This document shows, piece by piece, positions 51,711-64,000 of a stretch of 64,000 bases of DNA. The notes beneath the pieces were generated by a model, which was given only the letters and a program-made list of their open reading frames with translations, was not told where the DNA came from and ran no database searches. The stretch lies in assembly GCA_013265495.1 (NCBI GenBank), contig MU058824.1, forward strand, positions 6,157,245-6,221,244, read 5' to 3'. The translations under genes and the position numbers were made by a program. The stretch's first letter is position 1. Each line of letters starts with the position of its first letter. The stretch comes from Vicugna vicugna (taxonomy: Eukaryota).

Positions 51711-52799
51711 ATAAACAGCAAGCATGTACACAAGTTGATCAATTTCATTCATTAATATAGATCCTACGAGAAACACTAAAAGAAGAAATGTAACTGATTT
51801 ATGTATGAACCACCACTATGACCAAATAGAATTTATCCCAAGATGATAAGGATGGTTTAATATTAGAAACATATTAAAATTTTCACCAAGTTTATTTTTA
51901 AGTTTCATTAGATATCAGAAGCATATTTGATCAAAATAAATAAACATATAGTTTTTTTAAACTTTGTTTTTAATTAGGCATATGTGGATTCTCTTGGCAG
52001 TGATCACTGTGGTTGACTTCCTAACACTGATTACATCTTACTTTCTTGAATAATTTGGACCCTGATTAATTTAGGCCAATTTCTTCCTTTTGGTCGATGA
52101 TTGGTTCAGGTTAGGTAAATCTTAATTTACTAGGAAAGTAAATTTCTCACTCGTAAAAGGGTCACAAGAAATTGACTTCTCTCATTTGCCCAATGTGAAT
52201 ATGTACAGTGTTATGACTAGAAGCCATCATCAGACTATGAGGGAAACCAATCTAAGTATGCAGTGAACAGTAGTGCTAGGAAAGCAGTGTTTTGTGTTTA
52301 TAGTGATATAGTTTAGCCAGTATGTTGATGTTTCTGTTACTTGCAGCCAAAACCAATCTAACAAATATACTTACTCTACATGGTTCAGAGGAATAATAAC
52401 AATAATAACTTTCATTTTACATTTTTTTCTGTTAATTTGACCTCATTTACATACTACCTTATCACAGAGAATCACTTAGCTGTTGCCCAATTGTCATCTT
52501 TCTCTTGCTAACCCCATGTCTGGGGAAGCAAAAAAAAAAAAAAAAAAAGACCTTTATTTTGGCTGAGGCAGAGAAATCTGATTTGATATTTTGCTGTTAC
52601 CAACCTATGTTTTAAACGTAACAATGAACTTATTTAACAATGAGCACTGACGAGTTCTCTACAAGAATTAGGAGCAAAGATGCTTATTATTGAAAATCAC
52701 TGTCTTAAATTGTTATGGAAACTAACCTTGCACTAAGACATTAAGTAGAAATAAGAGCTACAACTGTTGAGCAAGAATATAAAATCGTATCTACTACAG

Positions 52800-52990
52800 T
52801 CATTAGGTGCCAGGAATTAATTGCCTTACATACATTAACTCACTTAATTCATAAAACAACTCTATGATGTAAATGCTATTACTATCTTCATTTTACAGGT
52901 AGAGCAAGGGGAATTCAAGTAACTTAAGTAAAGGCAGAAATTGGGATTTGCTCCAGGCACATTGCTTCCAGAGACTATAGCCTTAACAAT
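52800..52990 (-). mobile_element. MIR SINE
   Basis: attaactcacttaattcataaaacaactctatga..ctattactatcttcattttacagg. Confidence 0.75.
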
Positions 52991-55149
52991 ACACCTTTTT
53001 TCATAAATTGTACACAAAACAACTATTCACCTACAAAACACAGACATACACAAGATAATAAAATCTAACAGTCTTAGAATTACAAAGACTGTTTAATAAA
53101 AATTCTAGATACAGGATTAAAGGAAAGAGTTAACAGCTGGTTCCTTTCATCTAGCCTCATGGATGGCAACCACTAACTCAAGGAATTGTGAGGAGTATAT
53201 CTACAGTGACTGCAGATAAATAATAATCTTCAGCTAAAAATTTGTGCCAACCAAGCACCTCACTGTTGAAATTATAGTGAGAAATCTATATCGATGAGAT
53301 GCAGCTTCCCTGGAGAATGGACTCTATATAAAAGTTAAGATAGTCTACCACACAGCCTCACCTCTTATCACTATGCATATATCATTTCAAGTAATTGAAA
53401 TATTGAAATCTATGCCTGAAAATCATAAACCCTCTTCTATGATGTTGTTGTGCATGTTGTTTTCTTGTCTATCTGTATCTTTTCCTAATGTTAGATTAAC
53501 TTAAAGATGGGTGAAGTCTATTGTATCTTGTGAGTTTAATTGCTGTCCAAAACCAACATCATTGCTGGAGAAAGGACACTGCACAAGAAAATATCACTTG
53601 ATTACCTATATGTCTGAAACAACTAGTTAGAAGTTATACTGCACAGTAATATCCTTTAACAAAAAACAAAAGTGTAAAACGATGCTAGCAAGAAATGTAC
53701 ATCAATAGTTCCTGATGGCAAAAGTGAAATGAAACAAGCATTTTCTAACTCTTCTTTGGTAGGAATCTAACATACTACATTCGTTGTAGAGGAAAATTCA
53801 GATTTATTAAAGTGAAACTTTAAGATATTTCTGTCTTTTTAACCATTCATTTCACCTCAAGAATGTATCAATGAAATTATCATGGTCTAGACAAATGTGT
53901 GTAGACAAAACTACTGATCACAGTGTGACCATTTTTAAAAAGATTTTTTAAAAGGTAAAAAAATATGATTTACAATATTAGTAGCCATGAAAAATAATGT
54001 TTTTGAAGAATGTTAAATAACTTAAGGTAAAATTAAAGACAAAAAGCTAAAGGTAAAAAGCAGAATCTAAGACTGTATGCAGAGCATTATTCCAACTGCA
54101 CTACACATAAGCACATATGTTGGAAATACACAAAAATATTAATCATGTCCTTTCAGACAGTAGGATTATGGGTAATTTTTGTTTTCTTGTATACCACGAA
54201 AATTTAATCTCCATGAGAGCAAAAAGACATCTGTCTTGTTCACTGAAATCTTTTGAGAATGTCTCATATATAATAGGTGCTAAAAATGTATCTTAAATGA
54301 ATATTTTAATTTTTTTCCATTTTCTAAAGTAAGTATTTATCACTTTCTAATGGGACAAATTCAATCACTATTTTAAAATTTGTGTATATATATATAATCT
54401 ATACTTGAATAAATTCTATGTAGATTTGTTAATGGGCTAATTTCTGTATATGGAAATGTATGCATCGTAAAATTTTAATCCAAAAGAACTTGCTCCCAAA
54501 CTCAAGTCTGTGCACCCAGAACATCAAACTTTTACTAGTTATTTCCTTTGCTCAACAAAGAATATTTTAAAAGTAAATTTCCAGAATCATTCTGATTTTG
54601 TATTTTCCCCCTTATTCTCAATTTCCATACCAAAAAACACAATTAGATAATATAATTCAGGGGGATAAACTTGGGCATTCACTAATAAAATGTTTTCATA
54701 AAGACAAGGTTTCTTCTTTAACAAATAAAGTATAAATTATATTTGAAACAAAATCCTAAGTGATTAACAGGGTTACATGATAACAAGGAGATTCCTGATC
54801 AAAATTTCATTCAGCAATACATGAGGAGCTTTGTGATCCTCCAGGAAAAACACTGGGTCCCAAGAACAGCTGTTTGACAAACTCTTAGACTGCAAACTAA
54901 TTTAAGCAAAAAGGAAATTTAATGATTTACTGAACCAGAAAGTCATGGATACATACAGCATCTGACACAGAGAAATCAGTGGGCTGAAACCACATTATCA
55001 GAGCACACTTTCTTTCTCCACTTCATGATTTTATGGTAGTCAACATGGCCACCAACAAGACAACTACATCTTTCCAGCTTAACATTTCCAGAAATAGAAC
55101 TTCCCTATCTGTCCATGTATCAATCCTGGGCAGTACTCTGTTTGACCTT

Positions 55150-55850
55150 ACCCATAGATGGTCAAACTTGAGGTTAAGGGCACAGTCCTCCAGACTGCCA
55201 AGTATGCCCAAGACCTCTGACAGCTTGTGCAAAATCAGAGGGGACAATCTCAAGATTTCTCTCACTTCAGACATCAGCCCCAAGTTCAGGAGTCCCAAAA
55301 GGATACCCTCACTTCAGATTAACTAGTTACAAATTCAGAATAGTTTCCGTGACCACCCACAGGTTTGATGGTTCACTAGAACAACTCACAAGACTCAGGA
55401 AAACATCAGATTTATTATTATCCTTTCATTATAGCAAAAGGATACAAATTACAATCAGCCAAAGGAAAACATGTATAGAGCAAAGTCTGGAAGGGTTCCA
55501 GATGCAAAGCTTTCATCATCCTCATACATTCTTTCTAGCATCAATATATGACAATACTCAAAGAGTACTGCCAGCTAAGGAAGCTCACCCAAGCTTCCAT
55601 GCCCAGGGTTTACACTGGACTTGTAATATGTAGGCATTGATTGATTGAATAATTACCTACGTGGTTTAGCTCAATCTCCAGCCCACATACTTCCCAGAGG
55701 TCAGTCTGACATCACATGGTCTGAGGAGCCCACCACGACTAATAAAGACACTCCTGGCAGGAAATTCCAAAGGTTTGGAGGTTACCTCCTAGAAACTGGA
55801 GACAAAGGCCAGACTTGTCTTTGAGCTGAGGCCATATTCTTTATTACACA
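55150..55850 (-). mobile_element. MER21/MER77-family ERVL LTR nested in a decayed MLT1 (~54880-56050)
   Basis: ctcacttcagacatcagccccaagttcaggagtccc..cactagaacaactcac..aaggatacaaatt..aaagacactcc..ggaaattccaaagg..ttctttattacaca. Confidence 0.8.
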
Positions 55851-56339
55851 GCCCTACTTGCCCATCCTCAAAAGAATCAATCACTAAGGCTTAGTGAATG
55901 AAATAATCTGATAGGCCAAACTAGGTCTGTTTACATCCCAGTAGCAGGAATAGAGTGCTAGAGAGGAAGTTCCCAGAAGGAACCAAAAAAATAAAGCTAG
56001 GATGATACATATGTTGAACAGACATAACCTTTAGCCACAGATGTCCTCTACAACTAGTCACAAATATTACTTTATTATCTAAAAATATTCAGACTTCAAA
56101 AACTAACAGGAGCCTTAGGGGAAATACAAAGAAATGATTCTAAAAACCCTATGATTAGAAACTAATCAAATAGCAATCTTTCTAAGTAAACATTAGGCAT
56201 GCGTAAAGAAAGCTATTTGAAGAGTATGGTTTCCATAAATATTTGTTTGTAGTACAAAGTTTAAAATTAGAATACATTTTTCCTTTCTACCCTCTGAACT
56301 GTAATGCCTAGTAAGTACAACTGTTTTTATTTGTTAAAA

Positions 56340-56780
56340 AAAAATCACTCTAAGTTTCAGTTTTCTTATTTGCAAAATGAAGTTATTATTTACCTACCAC
56401 ATAGTATTATTAAAAGGATTAGAGAAATGTTTGTAAAATTCCAAGCACAGTATCTGGCATCTAATAGGTAATATCAAATTGATACTTGTTGTTGTTGCCA
56501 CTGCTGCTTCTCTAAATTAAGAGTCATAGCTCATATCTAGCAGTGAGATATCCAAATATGAATGATCACTATCTAGGAAAAGCAGAATTCAGAAGAACCG
56601 CTTTTTAGAGCTGAGAACAAAAGTCCTGACTTTATGCTTCTCTCCCACAACCGTCTGTACTAAGCAACCATGGGCAAGTCACTTTACTTCTACTGGCCTT
56701 AACTTTTACATCTCTGAAATGAGGCTAATAGTACTTTTTTTTTTAACTATCTTACTGGATTCTTCATGTGATATGTTAAG
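56340..56780 (+). mobile_element. Two MIR fragments
   Basis: tcagttttcttatttgcaaaatga..agcacagtatctggcat; ccatgggcaagtcactttacttctactggcct. Confidence 0.7.
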
Positions 56781-57699
56781 AAAGTATTATACAAAATGAC
56801 CATATTTTGCTTTCTATATGTAAAGAAATATTACACAAGTAAGGCAATATATGTAAACTTTAATTGCTTACATAATTATTGTGTCAAGAGAGAAAAGTTG
56901 TTTCTATTACTCCACAAACACAGGAAAGACCTTATCACATTATGAAAAGCATAAAATGTTAAAGATATATCTAGTTATATGTTATATCAAGGGTTACAAT
57001 TTATGACTAAGATATAAGAAAAGATCGATGACTATAAAATTATATATTTAGCAGTATTAATAGCAGAAGTAACCAGTGCCAAACCTGTCAACAGGAATAT
57101 TGATGCTAGCAGAACACGAAAGAATTATGAACATCATTTCTAAATACCCAAGCTCCAAGTTCCATGGGAACAAAATTCTCAGGCCACATGAGATAATATT
57201 CATTATATTATGGATCATAATGATTTAAACAATCATTTTTAGTCTGAAAGAGTAGAATGTCTAAGTTTTGACCAAAGAAAAATCTAGGCTCAAAGACAAG
57301 CTTCCTTATTAATAATAAGCACCTTTCCTTCTCCAAGCAAAAATGTAAAAAGGCTATGCTAATATAATCTTCCACACAGTCTGAACATCATAGTACTTCA
57401 AAGAACACTGCTTCAAAGCCAAATTCCCAGCCTGGAAATTTTCAAGCCACCTTTGACTCCTCCATCTCTTTAAGCCCTCACATTCAGTTATTAAATCTCC
57501 TGGATTTTTCCTTAAATTTTTCTCAAATTTGTTCTGTTAGCTCCATTTTCATCACAGTCCATATCATCATCTTTTGCTGAAACTCTGTCTCCTCTAGTTT
57601 TTCCCCCTTAACCCAGCCTATAAAATTCTGCCTATTTATCTCCCTAAAATACTACTTCCATCCTGTCACATCCTTGCCCAGGAGTCTGTAATCCAATCC

Positions 57700-57857
57700 T
57701 TTGATTCCAGGAGAAGAGCTTTTTAAAAAAGCATTGATGCCAAAGTTCTACCTTAAGAGGTTCTGATTTAATTCATCTGGGACAGAGCAAGTCATTAATT
57801 TTTCTTTAAAAGTTCCTCTGGTGTTTCTAATGTGCAGCAAGATTTGGGAACCACTGT
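57700..57857. mobile_element. MER5B-like MITE inside an L2 fragment
   Basis: gaggttctgatttaatt..ggtgtttctaatgtgcagcaagatttgggaaccactg. Confidence 0.75.
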
Positions 57858-57896
57858 GATGAATCTTTCTTGCCTATTAAGTCAAGCTAGAACTCC

Positions 57897-58388
57897 TGTA
57901 GCAGACATTGCAGGTACTCTGCCCACAGGCTTTCTGACCCTTTTGACCCTTCTGTGTGTTCATCCCTTAGCTTTGGTGTGACTAGCTTCTAATGGCTATC
58001 ACCACATGCTACTCTCTTCCAATGACCGCTCTTGAGCTACTAGAGCTACTTTGTCCCTGCTCCTGCAGAGAAAACAGGAAGGGCCTGGAAGTTTACAACC
58101 AACCCCTGGAGTAACCAGTAGTCGATGCCTAAATAATGTGGGAGTGTGAATGCCTAGCTTCCTTGCCTGGATTTGGACATATTCTGAGGTGTAATTTACA
58201 CTTCAGAACTTCCTGGCAGGTTCAGGCTGAAACTGGGACTTTGCTTAAAAAAAACACACACACTATTACTTGGCTTCTTCCCCTCCCCTTCACTCCTTTA
58301 CTCATTTCTCCTGGGAGTACTTCTCTAAGAAATCACTTGCACACAAATCCTCATCACAGGGTCTGCTTATGGAGAATCCAACCCAACA
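57897..58388 (+). mobile_element. LTR16-like ERVL solo LTR
   Basis: tgtagcagaca..ttctgaggtgtaatttacac..tctcctgggagtacttc..aatcacttgcacacaaatcctcatcacagggtctgctt. Confidence 0.85.
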
Positions 58389-61313
58389 TCTTGGTCAAAC
58401 TGTTTCATAACTGGTCACACCATGTTTTCTGCAATACCCAATATCTACAAGCAATGCTAATTTTCTCATCAACTGTGCTTATTCCACACCACTCTTTAAG
58501 CCTGCTATTTCTACTCACCCAAGATGCCTCTTACCTGCCTCTGTGGCCTTCAAAACTTCCCACCTTTCAAAAACAATATTTGTGTGATTACTATGTACCA
58601 GGAATGTGCTCATCACAGGGAGTGAAACAGTGAGTGAGGATATTTCTGCCACTGAGCTTACAGTCAAGATAAAGACAGATATTAAGCAAATAATCACACA
58701 AATAAATGTTAATTTATAACTACGAACATCTAAGGTGAGACAAATGGCACTGTGAAAGAATAGAAGTAGTAAATGTCCTTATCTAGGATTTCTCAAAATA
58801 AATAATGAAGAAACAACCTAAAATCACTGTCCTGCTCTCTATTCTATATATTCTTAGACTCCCTGTCCCTGTAAAACTGCATACAAATTTTGTGTAACTA
58901 TGTATTATTCTATTAAAAGATTTTCAAGGGGTCCATAACCCCAAATTTTGCATAATGCCAATCCTGTAGAAAACAGTGCCATGTTTATTAATTGCCTCTT
59001 ACATGTGCCTTATCTATAGGTTCCTGTTTATAGAACTATTAGCACTTTTCTTTTATATCATATCATTTAATATAATGTTAGACATAGGCTTACCATTTAA
59101 CAAATATTTGTTTTCCTCCCCCTGTTTTCAACCTGAGTATTTCTACAGAACTCAGACTCAAAAATAAATTTAAAAAGTGTCTTTATTTTCTCTATTGAAT
59201 AAGAGCCCATTTTGAGCAGATGTGGGTGGAGTGAAAATGACTATCTGGGTTTTGTTTGGGTACGAGGAAAACAAGAGCAACAAAACAGGATTTGCATGTT
59301 AAAACCTGCTTGTGTTAGGCTAGTGCCAAACAATTGTCACTACATTTCTTCAGAGTTCTTTTTCTTCAGGGAGCTAAAACCTTCATTCTGGGAACTCCTT
59401 ACTGCTTCCCCATCCCTAAATCGTAGTTACCATAAAAGTATCTACAAGGTAAAAGCAGAAAACATTCATTTCATACACAAAATGATTAAAGCTGATTACT
59501 TAATCAATTATACTATTCAATTTAAGAAAAAAACTGAGTGAAAAATCAAAATTTCATTTCAAATGCCACTGGAAAATATTTGTGACTACATACATATACA
59601 GTGAAAATAAATTTTATATATGTACAGACTAAAAAACAAATATGTGTTTATATATACTAGAAATAAATATGCTTTCAATGTTTGTTTATAAATGCATTTA
59701 TATATGTTAAGATAAATAAATGTATATATAGACCATAATTTCTAACTGACATCACTAAGTATCTGAACATAAAATAATAAAATAAATAAGATTATGTCAT
59801 ATTTTAATATATTCCTAAACAATTGTTAAAAAATGTAGTAATTTCAACAACTTGTACTTGAATCTTAGGTCCAGAAGACCTTAAGTGATGGTGCAAAATG
59901 TGCAAAACACTGCAACCACAGGAAAATATTAATACAATAATTAAACTGTTTAATCAAAAGGCAAAAAAAGCTTCAAGTTTATTGTACTTAGCACTCATCA
60001 AAGATCAAAAGAAGGAAAAAGACTTATATAATTCCATATTCTCATTTCATGCTTTTGTTAAACTTCAAGCTCTGAGACTCAGATAGGTTGTTACTGGAAT
60101 ATTATAAACAGATGACACCATATGCATACATCAACATTTTAACAGACTTCCACTCTTAAACGGTCCAGGGACCAAACACCAAATTTTAAAAATTTGTTTC
60201 CATTTCCCATACGTTGACAACCCCTATGGCCCTGTACTCCTGCTTAGCACTTCCATGATAAGTATGCAGATAAAGGAAGAGGAAGTTAGATGCAAATAAC
60301 GTTGGCACTTATTAACAACTCAGGTATAAAGTCTGATATAGTCATTGAAATCCAAAGTTCATTCTCATAGCAAGATTGGATTTACAGTTTTTACTGTTTT
60401 CCTTCCTTGTTAGTATATGTGATCGAATGCATGCTAAGTAGTTATACGTTAGTAACCAAGTCTCGAAGATAACTCTAAGAAGGTAGCATCAGGTACACAA
60501 TTACTTTCCATACAGAGTATGGTGACAAGGAATCAAAGTGTATAAAGTAATCTAATTTTACTATCTATTGCTTCTACTTTTTTAGGGTTGTGAGGCCGAA
60601 ATTAGTGTTTCCTAACATTTTGTCCTCCCAGGAATGTCGCACTCCCATAGACATTGTCAACAATTCTCCATGCCAACTCTACCCTTTCTTCTGCTGCTTC
60701 AATGCAAGTAAAGGAAAAATGATTTTACTGTAAATAAGGAGGGTTTTGATTTAGCTCCCATTTGTTAAATAATTTATTCTTAAATGTCAGCCTTTTAATT
60801 ATTAACGGCAAATTATCTGCTACCCACTTCATGAGTGATAAAGACTGACGAATATGTTGATATCCCAAAGTAGACAGCTGGTGGCCTCAAACAATTAACA
60901 CTTATTTGCCTATTCTAACAAAAGAACTAAAGAACTGTGGGATATCTAGCATGGCATCCTAGAACTGAAAGAAAAATACTTAGTAGACATTTAGTCCTGT
61001 ATTTTCAACTCCTCTGTCTGGAATTCTCCCATGCAACAGAAGACTATTATAACTATTCTTTTCTTTGCCACCAACAGTTTTAGCCAGCATGAGGGGAATG
61101 AAGGTGATAGTAACCATAGTACAATGGATATAGGCTGATAAATGTGATGGAGGAAGTTTCATATGTGTATTATATGTATAATGTGACTGTGGATAAGTGC
61201 TATGGAAAAAACAATGTTTAGAGGCCAGGAAAAATGGCAGCCTCACTGTGCTCCAAGAAGGTTCACTGGGCTGTCACTCACCAGGAAAGACTCACTAAAA
61301 GCAGTGGGATAGG

Positions 61314-62588
61314 ATTTATGTCAGAAAATGTTTTGCCTGTTTTCTTCTAGGAGGCTTATAGTCTCATCTTATGTTTAAGTCTTTAAGCCATTTTGAGTTT
61401 ATTTTTGTGTATGGTGTGAGGGAGTGTTCTAATCATTGATTTACATACAGCTGTCTAGTTTTCCCAGCATCACTTGCTCAAGACACTGTCTTTTCTCCAT
61501 TGTATATTCTTGCCTCCTTTATCAAAGATTGATTGACCTTAAGTGTGTGGGTTTATTTCTGGGCTCTCTATTCTGTTCCATTGGTCCATATGTTTGTTTT
61601 TGTGCCAGTACCATGTGGTTTTGATTACTGTAGCTCTGTAGTATTGTTTGAAGTCTGGGAGGGTTATTCCTCTAGCTTCATTCTTTTTCTTCAGTATTGC
61701 TTTGTCAATTCTGGGTCTTTTGTAATTACATGTAAGTTTTAGGATTATTTGTTCTAATTCTGTGAAAAATGTCCTGGGTAATTTGATAGGGATTGCATTA
61801 AATCTGTAAATTGCTTTGGGCAGTATGGCCATTTTAACAATATTAATTCTTCCAATCTAGGAGTATGGGGTATCTTTCCATTTCTTTAAATCAACTTTAA
61901 TTTCCTTAATGAATGTTTTGTAGTTCTCCATATATAAGTCTCTCACCCCCTTGGTCAGATTTCCAACAGTCCCACTCCTGGGCATATATCCAGAGGGATC
62001 TGTAATTCAAAAAGATACATGCACTCCAATGTTTATAGCAGCACTACTTACAATAGTCAAGATATGGAAACAACCTACATATCCATCGACAGATGACTGG
62101 ATAAAGAAGCTGTGGTATATTTATACAATGAAATACTACTCAGCCATAAAAAAGAATAAAATAATGCCATTTGCAGCAACATGGATGGGCCTGGAGATTG
62201 CCATTCTAAGTGAAGTAAGTGAGAAGGAGAAAGAAAGATACCATATGATATCACTCATTAGTGGAATCTTTAAAAAAGACACAAATGAACTTATTTACAA
62301 AAGAGAAAAAGATTCAGACATAGAAAACAAACTTAATGGTTGCCAAGGGGTAAAATGCGTGGGAAGGAATAAATTGGGAGTTTGAGATTTACAGATATTA
62401 ACTACTATATACAGAATAGATAGACAACAAGTTTCTACTGTATAGCACATGGAACTATATTCAATATCTTGCTGTAACCTATAATGAAAATGAATATGAA
62501 AAGAAATATATTTATGTATATGAAACATTATGCTGTGCATCAGAAATTGACACAACACTGTAAACTCACTATACTTTAATTTAAAAAA
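61314..62588 (+). mobile_element. Young L1 with 5' inversion (61314-61962 antisense; 61963-62588 sense)
   Basis: Minus ORF2 remnant [19 protein letters not shown]... joined to plus remnant PLLGIYP...MPFAATWM; 17-bp TSD aaaagcagtgg(g/c)atagg (61297-61313 / 62589-62605). Confidence 0.95.
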
Positions 62589-62719
62589 AAAAGCAGTGGC
62601 ATAGGCCTTAAATGTTTTTACTTCATTTCATTGTCACCCTAAGTATGGCATTGTTCAAATAGGATTCATACTTGGGTTGCTTTCGCTAGGCAAATAAAAC
62701 AACCCAAGAATTTTTCAAT

Positions 62720-63015
62720 AACAATGGATTTTTAAATTGGCATATTAAATCCCTCATCCACCCCGCTCCCCACCACCTTTAAGCCAAGGCACTCCTCCAA
62801 TGACTTTGATTAAGCCTTTTGTAGAATTATGAACTTGGAGAGCTTTTTAAAGGAGAAAGGGATTGAACGCCAGGTGGGATTTAGCCAAAGCTGTCACAGC
62901 TCTGGTTGTTACCCTTCATAATCCATCTTACTGAATCAAAAAGCAAACTGTGAACAAACAGCTTAGGCAGTTTGTTTGAAGATATACTCCTGTCTTTCTA
63001 GGAGGGATTAAGTCA
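62720..63015. promoter_or_regulatory. Candidate enhancer with clustered K50-homeodomain (OTX/CRX/PITX-type) sites
   Basis: TAATCC 62919, GGATTA 63005, TAAGCC 62780 and 62811, TGATTA 62807, AGCTTA 62960, plus GGATTT-type variants within ~290 bp. Confidence 0.4.
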
Positions 63016-63629
63016 TGGCTACAGTTTGTTTGGAAAATGATTATCCACATGAAAATTATTAAGTTCATGTGGCTTCTCTTTTCATCTCTGGATCATAGTG
63101 ACAATAATGCTGCAGTTTTTATACTAAAACTCAGACCTTCTCCACAGTCTTTTAAAACATTGTCAAATTTTTTGCATTTGCCACAAGAATACAGAAGATG
63201 CTTTCAAACTTTTAAATAATAAGGATTCAGGCTTTGCCTTTAAAGAGGAATCACAGCAATACCAGATGTAGAGTGAAGGGGATTTTTATTCCAAACACTG
63301 GGGTTCATAAAAGCCACATGCATGCCCTGCTGCAACAGGGGAGACAGATTAGGTGGCTGAGAGCTTGAGCAAGAAGGTAAGAATAAAGGCAACCCTGTGA
63401 TACATCACAAGTAAAGTGTTTTCCCGTAGAGTGCAGAATGGAGTGATGTTAAATTTTCATCATGGTAAATGTATCTAAATCTTAGAATGCAGTATAATCT
63501 CTTTAAATATGTAAGCAATCAATCAGCCTCTTTTGTATCATCAAATATTGAATTTTTGATACTCAAAGTATGTTGGAATTCAGGCAACCCTTGAACTGAG
63601 GTGGCAAGCTGGAGAGTCTAGGGGGTGGT

Positions 63630-63790
63630 GTCATTCAACAAACACTAAATGGTTGCTTTATGTCAGGCACCATGGTGGGTCTTAGATAAACAGCATTAAT
63701 ACAACACTGGTCCTCTCTTCTTCAACTCATAGTCTAGTAAGGGAGACAGACCTGTAAAAAACAGTTTACTAACCACTGTGATAAAGAGCA
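63630..63790 (-). mobile_element. L2 3' end
   Basis: tcattcaacaaacac..tatgtcaggcacc..ctcatagtctagtaagggagacagac. Confidence 0.8.
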
Positions 63791-64000
63791 CAATAGAAGG
63801 ATAACCATTACTGAATAAACAGCACTCCATAGGATGCAAGCAAACAAAACTCCAAACAACAACTCCATTCATTCTCCCTTATAGGCCCTTTATACAATCT
63901 GCAGGCTCAATTTTTCCCTCTTGCTCTTTGAAGAAAATGTTGAGTGAGGGAAGGTCCCATAATTTTCTTAGACGTTCAAGTTACTTGCAGTGCCAAGAAT

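Noticed and set aside
4033..63219. The supplied six-frame ORFs as genes
   Set aside because: All are short; the recognisable ones are decayed L1 ORF1/ORF2, HAL1 or Tigger remnants, and the rest look like chance ORFs in AT-rich DNA.

Overview
AT-rich, repeat-dense mammalian genomic DNA, very likely from a camelid (alpaca, llama or camel): it carries a tRNA-Ala-derived Vic-1-type SINE and several young L1 3' ends of one lineage-specific type. I recognise no protein-coding gene. The supplied ORFs are chance ORFs or decayed L1/HAL1/Tigger remnants. Almost all L1s lie on the + strand, which suggests the window is inside a long intron of a minus-strand gene. A few minus-strand exon candidates exist, but I cannot assign them to a gene. 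Much of the window is interspersed repeat: MIR, L2, HAL1, old and young L1, hAT-Charlie and Tigger MITEs, and MaLR/ERVL LTRs. Family names come from recalled consensus sequences, not from a RepeatMasker run, and boundaries of old elements are approximate. The most unusual observations concern retrotransposition mechanics: (1) a ~350-bp TSD-flanked element made of an L1 5' UTR start fused directly to an L1 3' UTR end; (2) two young L1 insertions 2 kb apart, each with its own TSD, that appear to be abutting pieces of one 3' UTR; (3) a twin-primed, 5'-inverted L1; (4) a TSD-less L1 insertion coinciding with a ~1-kb deletion in its host L1; (5) a ~100-bp polyadenylated retro-fragment. There are also motif-dense candidate enhancers (MEIS/PBX-HOX; OTX/CRX/PITX-type). 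The sequence alone gives no convincing evidence of a new biological system.
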